From: an uncultured cyanobacterium
GTDB taxonomy: Bacteria > Cyanobacteriota > Cyanobacteriia > Cyanobacteriales > CAWUOF01
Reading direction: 5' to 3'
Length of the DNA stretch: 64,000 nt
Assembly (NCBI GenBank): GCA_963744145.1
Contig: CAVUSO010000001.1
Span: 3,712,001 to 3,776,000, forward strand
Position numbers and translations under genes: made by a program. Position 1 is the first letter of the stretch, and every line of letters starts with the position of its first letter. The notes below the pieces were generated by a model. The model made no database searches, was not told the DNA's origin, and was given only the letters and a program-made list of their open reading frames with translations. Positions 30,041 through 40,467 of this stretch are shown here, piece after piece.

Positions 30041-30108
30041 GAACTGACATATTGACAGGGTGATATTTTAATTGATAGAATATAAATAAGTATGGTTTAG
30101 ATCACCAT

Positions 30109-30295
30109 AGGGTGAAGCATTCGGGCAATAATTGAGCGATAAAACTTTACCCAGAGTGTTCCCTGAGTGTAGTCGAAGGGCGTAGTCGAAAGGGGCGTAG
30201 TCGAAGGGGGGTAATATTATCCCCGAATGCTTCACCCTTCTTCTGCGCCGAGATCCTTTGCTGGATTAGGGGGCGTATTATTTTTGCGCCTCTAC
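30109..30295. repeat. Nested REP-like elements
   Basis: Perfect 17-bp inverted repeat 30109-30125/30222-30238 enclosing three GTAGTCGAA units; a further TAGGGGGCG..CGCCTCTAC hairpin at 30267-30295. Confidence 0.75.
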
Positions 30296-30394
30296 TTTTC
30301 GTTGGTTGCAGATTTAAATTTATCCAACAAATAAATCATCAACCTAGACCTCTATCTGGTAGTCCAATTGAACATATAGAAGATAACAAAAACT

Positions 30395-32011
30395 ATGTCA
30401 TGCTTAAACCTTACCAATCCTACTACGCCCGAGAGCATGATTCCCAACGCCCAGGGGGGAATGAATATCATAGGTATTGCAGGTGACAACCAACTCAATA
30501 TCAACACTACTAACAACCTGGTTTTACTGCAAGCAGGAAATGACTCACTTGAAGATTTTAAGGGCTTTAACACTGTAATTGCCGGATCAGGTAATGATCT
30601 GATCTCAGCATGTGGGGGCAATGATGTCCTCTATGGCAACCAGGGTGATGATACTTTATACAGCGACCCAGGCAATTCTACTCTCTATGGCGGTCAAGGT
30701 AACGACTATTTATATGCCAATGGTGGTACTAACCTGCTATCAGGCGATCAAGGAAACGATACGCTCATAGGTAGCGAATATAAAGATACGCTCATAGGTG
30801 GACAAGGTAACGACTATTTAATTGCTAGCACGGGCGAGCAGCTCCGCTATGGTAAGCTCTTATATGGTAACCAGGGTAATGATACTCTGATCGGTGGTCC
30901 AGGTAATGATACTCTCTATGGCGGTCAAGGCAACGATTATTTAATTGCTGGAGTTGGTAATAACTTCCTATCAGGCGATCAAGGGAACGATACGATCGTT
31001 GGTGGTCCAGGGAACAGTACGCTGGTGGGGGGTCAAGGTGACGATTATTTAATTGGTGGCAAAGGTAATGACCTCCTCTATGGCAATCAGGGTAATGATA
31101 CTTTACTAGCTGGCCGAGGTAATGATACCCTTTATGGCGGTCAAGGCAACGATTGTTTAATTGGTGGAATTGGTAATAACTTCCTATCAGGCGATCAAGG
31201 GAACGATACTCTCATCGGCGGTCCGGGTAACGCTACACTGATGGGGGGTCAAGGTGACGACTATTTAGTTGCTGGCAATGGCAATCAGTGCCTCTACGGT
31301 AACCAAGGTAATGATGTGCTCTATGGCGGCCCAGGAAACGATACGCTCTATGGTGGTCAAGGCAATGATTATTTAATTGCTGGTAGTGGTAATAACTTCC
31401 TATCGGGCGATCAAGGTGACGATACCCTCGTCGGTGGCAAGGGCAACACGACCCTGTTGGGAGGGCAAGGTAACGACTATTTAGTTGCTGGTAATGGCAA
31501 TCAGTACCTCGACGGCGGTCTGGGTAATGATACGCTCTATGGCGGCCCAGGGAACGATACTCTCATGGGTGGTCAAGGCAACAATTATTTAATTGCTGGT
31601 GCTGGTAATGACTTCCTATCAGGCGATCAAGGTAACAATACTCTCGTGGGTGGTCAAGGTAAGGATACTTTTAGCTTTGTCTGGTCAACTAGTGGGGCAG
31701 TGCCGATCGCTGGCACCACTAATGGGAGTCCGTTTGGATCAGACGTAATCCTCAATTTTAATTCACAGCAAGATCAAATTTTGCTAGACCATCGAATTTT
31801 CACAGCAATAACTAGCACACAAGCTGGAGTATTTGCTGAAGTTAACAATTTTAATTCTTCGGTGGTAGGTACTACCAATCCTCAACTTATTTACGATTCT
31901 AGCAGCGGGTTGCTATATTACACCCCTACTAGTGCCAAAAATGATGCCTTACCCATTATCCAACTTAGTCCAGGGCTGACTTTGAATAGTACGAACTTCG
32001 AGCTTTTCTAA
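30395..32011 (+). CDS. RTX (hemolysin-type calcium-binding) repeat protein, probable type I-secreted surface protein
   Basis: About 40 GGxGND-type nonapeptides; C-terminal DVILNFN..QDQILL and LIYD..SGLLYY; ends FELF; no Sec signal. Confidence 0.92.
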   Translation: MSCLNLTNPTTPESMIPNAQGGMNIIGIAGDNQLNINTTNNLVLLQAGNDSLEDFKGFNTVIAGSGNDLISACGGNDVLYGNQGDDTLYSDPGNSTLYGGQGNDYLYANGGTNLLSGDQGNDTLIGSEYKDTLIGGQGNDYLIASTGEQLRYGKLLYGNQGNDTLIGGPGNDTLYGGQGNDYLIAGVGNNFLSGDQGNDTIVGGPGNSTLVGGQGDDYLIGGKGNDLLYGNQGNDTLLAGRGNDTLYGGQGNDCLIGGIGNNFLSGDQGNDTLIGGPGNATLMGGQGDDYLVAGNGNQCLYGNQGNDVLYGGPGNDTLYGGQGNDYLIAGSGNNFLSGDQGDDTLVGGKGNTTLLGGQGNDYLVAGNGNQYLDGGLGNDTLYGGPGNDTLMGGQGNNYLIAGAGNDFLSGDQGNNTLVGGQGKDTFSFVWSTSGAVPIAGTTNGSPFGSDVILNFNSQQDQILLDHRIFTAITSTQAGVFAEVNNFNSSVVGTTNPQLIYDSSSGLLYYTPTSAKNDALPIIQLSPGLTLNSTNFELF

Positions 32012-32041
32012 AGTCTGTTTTAGATCAAGGTGAATAAAATT

Positions 32042-32075
32042 GAGACCCCTGGTGTTTAACTACATAGGGGGTCTT
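32042..32075 (+). terminator. Hairpin after the RTX gene
   Basis: GAGACCCCT...AGGGGGTCTT stem 30 bp past the stop codon. Confidence 0.45.
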
Positions 32076-32104
32076 AAAGTAGTGACCTGTAATGTTTGGT
32101 GAGG

Positions 32105-34600
32105 ATGAAAGAGAAAGAAAGTACAGAATTGGCGAAAAGATATTTAGCTGAAGGAAATTTGAACGCAGCACTCGCTGTGATCCAAGGAGTGATCAAACTA
32201 AACCCGAATTTGGCTGATAATTATCAAATCATTGGAGAAATTCACAAGCAACTAGGGAATTTAACAGCAGCAATATTAGCTTATTCTCAAGCTTTAGAAA
32301 TTCAGCCAGATGCGATCGAAGCTCATGTTTACCTTGGTCAATTGTACAGTCAGCAAGGATTGTTAGAGAAAGCTGTCTTTCACTACCAACAAGCTTTGAA
32401 CCAAAAACCGGAATGGTCAGAGTTGCATTACAACTTAGGTAATGTTTTCTATCGTTTGGGAGATTTACCCAGTGCATTAAACAATTACCAACAAGCGATC
32501 GGATATAACCCAAGTTATGTTGATGCTTACTACAATATGGGAGTTATTTTTGATGAATCAGGTCAGCTAGAACTAGCGATTCATAGTTATCAAACAGCGA
32601 TCGGGTTACAACCAGATTACGCTCTAGCCTATAGTAATATGGGAGCAGCTTTAGTTAAATTAGGTAATTTTGCAGAAGCCATTAAAATCTATCAAAAAGC
32701 ACTTCAGATTCAACCTAATTGGGCAACTTTACATAATAATCTTGGTCAAGTATTTATAGCACAAGAAAAAGTAGATCAAGCTACTGCTTCCTATCTTCGC
32801 GCTATTCAGTTACAACCTGATTTTGGGTTAGCTCATTATAACTTGGGTAAAGTCTTACAATACCAAGATTTACACGCTGCTGCTTTTACCTGTTTCGAGC
32901 GAGTAATTGAACTTGATTCTCATCATATTGCGGCTTATAGTGACTGTGGATTTTCTTTAATCGCGCAGTCAAAAATTACGGAGGCAATCAATTATTTTCA
33001 GAAAGCTATTGGTTTACAAAATAATTTTGTTGAGAGTTTTTGCAATTGGGTTAACCAGCAATTACCACAGGATGATTTAGATAGAGCGAGAACTGCTTGT
33101 GTTCATTTTCTCAAAGCTTTACAGGGAGAAATAGCTGGGGATCAGGTTGACGATTATTTGGCGCAAATTCACCTTTATTTAGGAAATGTATTATTAGGTT
33201 ATGGTAGGTATAAAGATGCCAAATATTATTATCAATATGTGTTGAAAATTCAACCAAATAATTCGGATGCTTATGAGAAATTTGGCAGTTGCATTTATCA
33301 ACAGCAGCAATTGAAAAATATCGAAAATGTTAAAGGTGTTTATGCTTCGGTTTTAGATTGGATTGGGGCTGTTAATTTAAGCGATCGCGATTATCTACAG
33401 GTGAATTTAGAACCAGGTTTAGAAGCAAGTGATATCAGTCGGCACACTGTGCAATCTCCCACTTCTAAACAACCCTGTGAAGGACTAAATTGTAGACCTT
33501 GTTTACAGAGAATCTTGAATTGGTTTGCACCTATTAATATGGGCAAAAGAATTTATAGGTTTAACTCTAAAAAATCTATTTATGTGCAACCACAAACTAC
33601 TTTTGTAGCGGTAATTCCAGCCGGACGTACTTGGATTGCACCCTATCAAAATTCTGCCCAGGTTTGCAATGCGATCGCCACTATTACTCCCGATCATTAT
33701 TTATTAGCAGATTTGTCTCGCGACTATCCAGGGAATCTACCGGGATGTTATGGATATAACCCGCTCCAACATAAAATTTTTACCACTTTAGAATTACCAC
33801 CTTTACAACAAATTGATGGCACAGTAGCAGTATTTTCTGGGCTATCAGGAAACGTTTATTTTCACTGGATGGTAGATATTTTACCCCGGATTGAAATTAT
33901 GCGAAAAGCGGGGTTAAATTTTGATAAAATTGATTGGTTTTTGATTAACAGTTGTCAAGAAAAATTTCAGCGAGAGACATTGAGGATTTTGGGAATTCCA
34001 GCAGAAAAAATTTTAGCAAGCGATCATTATCCTCACCTGCAAGCTAAACAATTAATTGTGCCATCATTTCCAGGATATTTAGGTTGGTTATCTAATTGGG
34101 CACTACATTTTTTGAGACGGGAATTTCTACCAGAGTCATTTTTAGAAAAATTAAACTATCCAGAGCGAATTTATATCAGTCGGGGAAAAGCTAGATATCG
34201 GAGAGTTTTGAATGAAGAAGATGTAATGCTAGTATTAAGGAAATTTGGTTTTGTTTCAATTTTATTAGAATCAATGTCTTTTGAGGAACAAGTTACTTTA
34301 TTTGCTCGGGCTAAGATCATAGTTGCACCCCATGGGAGCGGGCTAACAAATATGATATTTTGCTCTCCGGGTACACAGATAATTGAACTATTTTCTCCTC
34401 ACTATATTAGACATTATTTCTGGCTGATTAGTCAGCAACTTCAACTAGAACATTACTACTTGATGGGAGATAAATTTGAGGGAGATTATCTGAGAAACTT
34501 AATGTATCAAAGTCCGCTGACTGAAGATATTATGGTAAATATTGATGCTTTGTCAAAAATGATGCAAATATCAGTCGGAGCATCTAGCGAAAAAACATGA
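32105..34600 (+). CDS. TPR-repeat + glycosyltransferase family 61 (DUF563) protein
   Basis: About 10 TPRs, then YFHWMVDILPR, RIYISR...RRVLNE, IVAPHGSGLTN. Confidence 0.9.
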   Translation: MKEKESTELAKRYLAEGNLNAALAVIQGVIKLNPNLADNYQIIGEIHKQLGNLTAAILAYSQALEIQPDAIEAHVYLGQLYSQQGLLEKAVFHYQQALNQKPEWSELHYNLGNVFYRLGDLPSALNNYQQAIGYNPSYVDAYYNMGVIFDESGQLELAIHSYQTAIGLQPDYALAYSNMGAALVKLGNFAEAIKIYQKALQIQPNWATLHNNLGQVFIAQEKVDQATASYLRAIQLQPDFGLAHYNLGKVLQYQDLHAAAFTCFERVIELDSHHIAAYSDCGFSLIAQSKITEAINYFQKAIGLQNNFVESFCNWVNQQLPQDDLDRARTACVHFLKALQGEIAGDQVDDYLAQIHLYLGNVLLGYGRYKDAKYYYQYVLKIQPNNSDAYEKFGSCIYQQQQLKNIENVKGVYASVLDWIGAVNLSDRDYLQVNLEPGLEASDISRHTVQSPTSKQPCEGLNCRPCLQRILNWFAPINMGKRIYRFNSKKSIYVQPQTTFVAVIPAGRTWIAPYQNSAQVCNAIATITPDHYLLADLSRDYPGNLPGCYGYNPLQHKIFTTLELPPLQQIDGTVAVFSGLSGNVYFHWMVDILPRIEIMRKAGLNFDKIDWFLINSCQEKFQRETLRILGIPAEKILASDHYPHLQAKQLIVPSFPGYLGWLSNWALHFLRREFLPESFLEKLNYPERIYISRGKARYRRVLNEEDVMLVLRKFGFVSILLESMSFEEQVTLFARAKIIVAPHGSGLTNMIFCSPGTQIIELFSPHYIRHYFWLISQQLQLEHYYLMGDKFEGDYLRNLMYQSPLTEDIMVNIDALSKMMQISVGASSEKT

Positions 34601-34707
34601 TTCAGTCGATGACAATAGTTTTTCCTGTCCCGCGAAGATTACTACTTGACAGTAACTCAGTTTGAGTGCTATTTTTGAAGAAATTAATAGATAACCGCCT
34701 AGTATAC

Positions 34708-36375
34708 ATGAAAGAAAAGATCGAAACAACAGCGGCTCAATTAAACCAGCAAGCAGAAAATTGTTTAGTTCAAGGAAAATTAGCAGAGGCGATCGATTGT
34801 TGTCAACAAGCCTTAAAAATAGAACCAAATTTTGTGCTAGCTTATAAAAATTTAGGAAATGCCTTACAAGCGATCGGCAATTTAGAGTCAGCGCAGGAAT
34901 GCTATGAAAAAGCTCTCTTAATTGACCCAAATTTTGCTGAAGTCTATGCTAATATTGGCAGTATATATGCCCAGCAGCACCAGTGGCAGCAAGCAATATT
35001 ATTTTATCAAAAAGCGTTAACATTAAAACCTAGATTTGCGGGATTTTATCGGAATTTAGCCAAAGCATGGCAGCAGTTAGGTAAGGAGGAAGAAGCGGTT
35101 AGCTGTTGGTATGAAGCTCTAAGGTTAGAACCTACCAAAGTAGCAGCAGAAGAACATTTAAACTTGGGTCATACTTTGTTAAAATATGGTCAAGTTACTC
35201 AAGGGATAGAGTGCTATCAGCGGAGTGTACAAATGAAACCTGAATTAGCAAGTATAGTTAATCAAAAGATGCCAAATATACTGCAACAACAGGACAAATT
35301 AGCCCAGCCAAATAGGGGGATAAAAATAGGGATAAATCCAGGAGATTTGGAAAATTATCAAGTTCTGGCTCAAGCTTATTCTCAGCGAGGAAATTGGGAG
35401 AAGGTGATTTTATCCTGTCAGCAGTTTCTCCAATTAAAACCTGATGCTCAGATGTATAAGCTATTGGGAAATGCTTGGCAAGCTACTGGAAAGATTGAAG
35501 AATCTATAACAGCTTATCAGGAAGCGATCAGGTTGCAGCCAAATTTGGCTGAAGCTCACGCTAATTTAGGAAGTTTGTATGCTCAAATACACCAGTGGCA
35601 ACCAGCGTTAGTAAATTATCAAAATGCCATTAAAATTAACCCAAATGTTGCTGAATTTCATCGCAATTTAGCTAAGATTTGGGAGATGGTAAAGGAGCCA
35701 TTAAAGGCTGTAGAATGTTGGCATCAGGCATTAAGTTTAGAGCCAGAATTGGCAACAGTTGAAGAACATTTCACACTAGGAAATCGTTTAGTTAGTTTTG
35801 GCAAACTCGCGGAGGCTGAAAAATGTTATCAGCGAGTCGTAGAATCTGATCCAAAAAATCTGCCAGCTTGGTATAATTTGGGTGAAATATGGCAGAATAA
35901 TAAGTGGTGGTCAAAAGCAATTTTTGCCTATAAAAAGGTCTTAGAAATCGATCCAGAAAATCTAGATGCGCTGTTAATACTTGGATTAATTTTGGGAGAA
36001 TTAGAACAATGGAATGAATCAATTTCTTGCTATCGACGTATTCTTGATCTAAATCCCTCTTGGGCAAGAGCTTATCATTCTTGGGGCTATACTCTTAGTA
36101 AAAAAGGTAATTTTTATGAAGCTGTCAACTATTATCAAAAAGCGATTGAATTAAATCCCCAAAATGCCTGGTTTTATCATAATTTAGGTGATGCACTCAG
36201 ATCCCTGTGGCGTAATGATGAAGCTATATTAGCATATCAGCGTGCGATTGAGTTAAACCCAAACTATTCTTGGTCGCACAGAAATTTAGGAGATATCTTA
36301 GCAGCTCAAGGTAAAACCGCTCTAGCTACTGCTTGTTATCGTCGTGCGATTAAACTAAAACCTAGAATCTCCTAA
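34708..36375 (+). CDS. TPR-only protein
   Basis: Continuous 34-aa TPR pattern with no catalytic domain seen. Confidence 0.88.
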   Translation: MKEKIETTAAQLNQQAENCLVQGKLAEAIDCCQQALKIEPNFVLAYKNLGNALQAIGNLESAQECYEKALLIDPNFAEVYANIGSIYAQQHQWQQAILFYQKALTLKPRFAGFYRNLAKAWQQLGKEEEAVSCWYEALRLEPTKVAAEEHLNLGHTLLKYGQVTQGIECYQRSVQMKPELASIVNQKMPNILQQQDKLAQPNRGIKIGINPGDLENYQVLAQAYSQRGNWEKVILSCQQFLQLKPDAQMYKLLGNAWQATGKIEESITAYQEAIRLQPNLAEAHANLGSLYAQIHQWQPALVNYQNAIKINPNVAEFHRNLAKIWEMVKEPLKAVECWHQALSLEPELATVEEHFTLGNRLVSFGKLAEAEKCYQRVVESDPKNLPAWYNLGEIWQNNKWWSKAIFAYKKVLEIDPENLDALLILGLILGELEQWNESISCYRRILDLNPSWARAYHSWGYTLSKKGNFYEAVNYYQKAIELNPQNAWFYHNLGDALRSLWRNDEAILAYQRAIELNPNYSWSHRNLGDILAAQGKTALATACYRRAIKLKPRIS

Positions 36376-36407
36376 TTTTTGAGACCTAAACACAATGCTG
36401 CAAAAAT

Positions 36408-38627
36408 TCAGAAAATCCTTGGTTGAAGTTGCAACGCACGACGGTAATATAGACTTGCTTCTTCAATCTGACCTTGTTCTGCTAGAAGATCTCCTAAGTG
36501 TTTGTGTGACCAAGAGTAGTCGGGATTAAGTTCAATCGCAAGTCGGTAAGCAGCGATCGCCTCATCCCATTTCTGCTCTTGCTCTAAAGCTTTTCCTAAC
36601 TCCAAGTAGATTTCAAAGTTATCTGGGTGAAATTGAAGAGCAGTTTGGTAAGCAGCGATCGCCTCACCATAGCGATTTTGTTGAACTAACGCCTTACCTA
36701 GCTGCCAATGAATTTGAGCATCATCGGGCTTAAATTCTAGTGCTTGATCGTCAATTTGGATATCATCAGAATTGGATTTTATCGATATTTTAGTGGTTTT
36801 TTTAGCAGACTGATTTTGCCTGGAGCTGATCAGTTTTGTAATTCCGTTCCATCCCGCCAGTAAAAGTGGGTTAAATTCAAGGAGTCTGTTCCTTATATTT
36901 GGGAAGAAAACAACAATATGGAATACCAGTAAAGGGATAAATAATGCTTCGCGAACAGACAAAAGAACTAGCAATGCTAAGGGTAACCAGGCTTCATAGA
37001 AATCGTGGGCTGGGATATATTTTTGCACAGCAGGAGCAGGATCGAAGCTAGGTGAAGAGGTGAGGTTAATATTAACACCTCTTAAAACAACATAAATGAT
37101 AAAAAATCCATTCAACAAGGGAGCAAATTGAGAGATGACAAATACTAGGAGACTCAACATCACAATTTCGCCGGGAAAGATGACGAAAGATAGCCACGAT
37201 CGCGCTGACTCTACACCAATCTTCGTTACGAGTGTATTTACACCAGCAACTAAATCATTTTCCCAATCCCATATTTGATGTAAAACAATACCTCTAATTC
37301 CAACTAAAAACGCCCATAGGGTAGCGACTATGGCTAAAGAAACGCTTTCTGACTGAGAAAAATTTCCTAATTGGGAAAATACGGTAGCAACAAATAAGGT
37401 GGGTACTGCATGGACAGCAGCAGCATCTGCAATCACTCCCCAGAGTCCCCGTTCCTTCAATCTGATGGGAGGAGCAGAATAAACAGTCAGCAACGTATAG
37501 ATCCCAGCTAGTAAGAGTGCACAACGGATACTAAAGTCAATAAAAAGCCAGGGAACTAGCCCTGCAAATGCCAAACTTGTACAAACTAAAATCCGCTCTA
37601 AAACTGAAAGAGAAGCCATTTGATTTGGCTTGCTTGCTCTTTTGTCTATTTCAATATCAAAAATGTCATTAGTAACATGACCATAGGCAGCAACGAAAAA
37701 CATGGAGATCAAGAGAGCCAATAGTGTTACTATTGCTGTTTGGGGTGGAGTAGCTTGTAGCAGGATTGTGGCATAGGCAATAGCTAACAGTGGAGGAATC
37801 TTGTATAACCACCAGTTAGCTCCGCGAACCAGCTGGAAAAAAGAGGAAAACAATCCGACTGATTTAACTTCATCTATTGTTTTTGTTTCCAGGGGATGTT
37901 TCTGTTTTTTAGAACGAGCCACGATCGCCTTTCTTTTCCCTCCTTGATTCAAGGAGGGATATTCAAGGATCTCTACTTGCTCAAAGTGTTTTTTAAAGAG
38001 GTTGACCATATATTCTACTTGTGGTCCTAGCAAATTTAGATGCTGTTTTCCAGACTTTTCATCTTTCCAACTCCAAATTATGCCTTCAAGCTGAAGAAAT
38101 CCACTATATCCATCAATATATTTGGTGGTGTACGGAAATTTTACTTCCCCCTCATATATCATGAGAGGATCACAGAGTGGCAAAAAGCAAATACCTCTTG
38201 TAGATGTCCAATTCGCAAAATTTTCAATGACGATTTCTAACTCTGATAATGAATCTACATAACAATAAGCCCACCACATACAGGATACTAAATCCCATTT
38301 TCCTTCCCAATGTAGACGCTGATCTCTATAATCACCTTGAACAAATACAGCATTTGGATTTGCTTGCTTGGCAACATTAAGCATAGCCGGCGAAATGTCT
38401 AGTCCTGTTCGTTCTATATGGGGTAATAGGCTCAAAAAATATCCAGTCCCACAGGCAACATCTAACCACTTCGCACCTGCACCGATCTCATCTAGAAGTT
38501 TACCAATAGTTTCCTGTTCAAAATCAGAATTTTTCCTAAATTCAAATTCCGGATCGAGAAGGAATCTATGGTTATACTCTTGGGCATAATTTTCGTCATA
38601 AATTTGCAGAACATCCTTTTTGTCCAT
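36408..38627 (-). CDS. Class I SAM methyltransferase + UbiA-family prenyltransferase + TPR fusion
   Basis: WLDVACGTG / GLDISPAML; NDIFDIEIDK, YSAPPIRLKER, HQIWDWENDL with multiple TM helices; three C-terminal TPRs. Confidence 0.85.
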   Translation of the reverse strand: MDKKDVLQIYDENYAQEYNHRFLLDPEFEFRKNSDFEQETIGKLLDEIGAGAKWLDVACGTGYFLSLLPHIERTGLDISPAMLNVAKQANPNAVFVQGDYRDQRLHWEGKWDLVSCMWWAYCYVDSLSELEIVIENFANWTSTRGICFLPLCDPLMIYEGEVKFPYTTKYIDGYSGFLQLEGIIWSWKDEKSGKQHLNLLGPQVEYMVNLFKKHFEQVEILEYPSLNQGGKRKAIVARSKKQKHPLETKTIDEVKSVGLFSSFFQLVRGANWWLYKIPPLLAIAYATILLQATPPQTAIVTLLALLISMFFVAAYGHVTNDIFDIEIDKRASKPNQMASLSVLERILVCTSLAFAGLVPWLFIDFSIRCALLLAGIYTLLTVYSAPPIRLKERGLWGVIADAAAVHAVPTLFVATVFSQLGNFSQSESVSLAIVATLWAFLVGIRGIVLHQIWDWENDLVAGVNTLVTKIGVESARSWLSFVIFPGEIVMLSLLVFVISQFAPLLNGFFIIYVVLRGVNINLTSSPSFDPAPAVQKYIPAHDFYEAWLPLALLVLLSVREALFIPLLVFHIVVFFPNIRNRLLEFNPLLLAGWNGITKLISSRQNQSAKKTTKISIKSNSDDIQIDDQALEFKPDDAQIHWQLGKALVQQNRYGEAIAAYQTALQFHPDNFEIYLELGKALEQEQKWDEAIAAYRLAIELNPDYSWSHKHLGDLLAEQGQIEEASLYYRRALQLQPRIF

Positions 38628-38825
38628 AGGTTTCTCCCAAATAGCAGTATTTTATCAAAAATTTACCATTTGGCGATCGCTTATGGACTCTAAACCTTAA
38701 TCAGAAGTTGAGATTGTAAATCAGTTGCGATCGGGTATGAGCTTGTGGTATAGGTAGGGCAATATACTCCAAAACTCTCACTAAAACTAGGGGCCATCAA
38801 ATTATAGTTTCCACTTAATCATAAT

Positions 38826-40055
38826 ATGAAAGACCAAGAAGAAAAATTAATTGCTCACTATCAAAAAGCTTTAATTATTAAATATGACAATCCTCAGATC
38901 CACGACCAACTAGCAAAGATCTATCACTGGCAATTAAAATATGAGCGAGCATCCTATCATTATCTAAAATCTCTCAGATTTGCTCCCAATAACTTGAAGA
39001 ATTACTTTAATTTAAAGGTTGCTCTACTAGGATTAACTTGGGCTAAGGAGAAAATTGATTTTGATTTACTAGAGGAAGGGATTATCCTGATCCGTCAGAT
39101 CATTAAGAACAATCCAAATTTTTATGTTGCTTATGTTGTCTTAGGTATTTTATTAAATTTACAAGGTAAAAATAAAGAAGCAATTGATTCCTACCAACTA
39201 TCTAGCTATCAAAAAATCCTGCTATCCCATCCTCAAATAGTTGAAAAGCATTGGGATATCCAACACAAACTTCAACCAAGTTTTATGATTCCCGGATTTT
39301 TCAAGTGCGGGACAACCTCTCTTTATTCCTATCTAAGCACTCATCCTCAAGTTATTCCTGCGGTTGATAAAGAACTTTGGTTTTTCTGTAATTTTTTCGA
39401 GCAAGATATCGATTACTATCTCGCTCATTTTCCGGCAATCTCTAATGACCTAGGTTATATTACTGGAGAAGCAACTCCTATATATATTAATTTTCCTAGG
39501 ATCGGTAAAAATATATTTTCTCTGTTTCCCAAAATGAAGTTTATAGTTCTCTTAAGAAACCCAATTGATCGAGCTATTTCTTCCTATTATCATCAATATC
39601 CGAGAAAATATGAATGTAAGCTAACACAGAGTAGCATAACCAAAACTCTAGAAAAAGCTCCTAATTTAATTAATAAATGGTTCAATAATTCCTTACTATT
39701 TCAGCCAACATTATTCCTAAAAAATCACCCAGAATACTTTATGAACGATGTCCTATTACCTCATTTGCTATTTAGTTTATATATCTATTATCTCAAACAA
39801 TGGATAAATATTTTTCCAAGAGAGCAGATTTTAATTCTGAAAAGTGAGAATCTGTTCAATAATCCGTCAGCGACGATGAAACAAGTTTACAGTTTTCTGA
39901 ACTTATCAGATTACCATATACCTGAATATCACAATTATAATCCTAACTCCTATCCTCCAATTTCTGACAACATACGCAGTCAGTTATTAGAATTTTTCCG
40001 TCTTTATAACCAGCAACTTGAAGAATATTTGGATATGCAATTTAACTGGAGATAA
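38826..40055 (+). CDS. TPR + sulfotransferase domain protein
   Basis: PAPS-binding KCGTTSLY, KELWFF, GEATP.Y, LRNPIDRAISSY. Confidence 0.9.
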   Translation: MKDQEEKLIAHYQKALIIKYDNPQIHDQLAKIYHWQLKYERASYHYLKSLRFAPNNLKNYFNLKVALLGLTWAKEKIDFDLLEEGIILIRQIIKNNPNFYVAYVVLGILLNLQGKNKEAIDSYQLSSYQKILLSHPQIVEKHWDIQHKLQPSFMIPGFFKCGTTSLYSYLSTHPQVIPAVDKELWFFCNFFEQDIDYYLAHFPAISNDLGYITGEATPIYINFPRIGKNIFSLFPKMKFIVLLRNPIDRAISSYYHQYPRKYECKLTQSSITKTLEKAPNLINKWFNNSLLFQPTLFLKNHPEYFMNDVLLPHLLFSLYIYYLKQWINIFPREQILILKSENLFNNPSATMKQVYSFLNLSDYHIPEYHNYNPNSYPPISDNIRSQLLEFFRLYNQQLEEYLDMQFNWR

Positions 40056-40156
40056 TTGGATTGGTAATAACTTGAACATTTACCCATCACCTGATTATAA
40101 AAACTGTCCGGACTATGGTAAAATATCATCTATGACCTATAACACCAGAAAATCTT

Positions 40157-40405
40157 ATGAAAAAGCTCGGAAAAAATAGTCAAATTTCCTTAACAAACAA
40201 CCAGATCCTCTCTCCCCAATCTCAAAGTTGGATACTAACAGCACAACAACTTCAAGATGAACTTACACAGACTCAAGCCGAGTTGAGAAAGTCTAAAGAG
40301 CAACTGCAACAAAAAACAGCCGAATTGGACAAACTTAAAGCTCAACAACGTTACACAAGACTAACTGAGATCATTCGGGAGCGATTATTTAGCACCTCAA
40401 AATAA
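40157..40405 (+). CDS. Small coiled-coil protein resembling the C-terminal tail of the GT4-GT2 gene
   Basis: QSQSWILTAQQLQDEL vs QSQAWIQTALETQDEL near 44900. Confidence 0.55.
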   Translation: MKKLGKNSQISLTNNQILSPQSQSWILTAQQLQDELTQTQAELRKSKEQLQQKTAELDKLKAQQRYTRLTEIIRERLFSTSK

Positions 40406-40467
40406 GAATCACAAATCTAATAAATTGCCTCAATTTTCTTATTCAAATCAGCGAAATTATCCACCAT

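Noticed and set aside
30160..30210. GTAGTCGAA triplet as a mini-CRISPR
   Set aside because: Units are 13-15 bp apart with no unique spacers; REP-type repeat.
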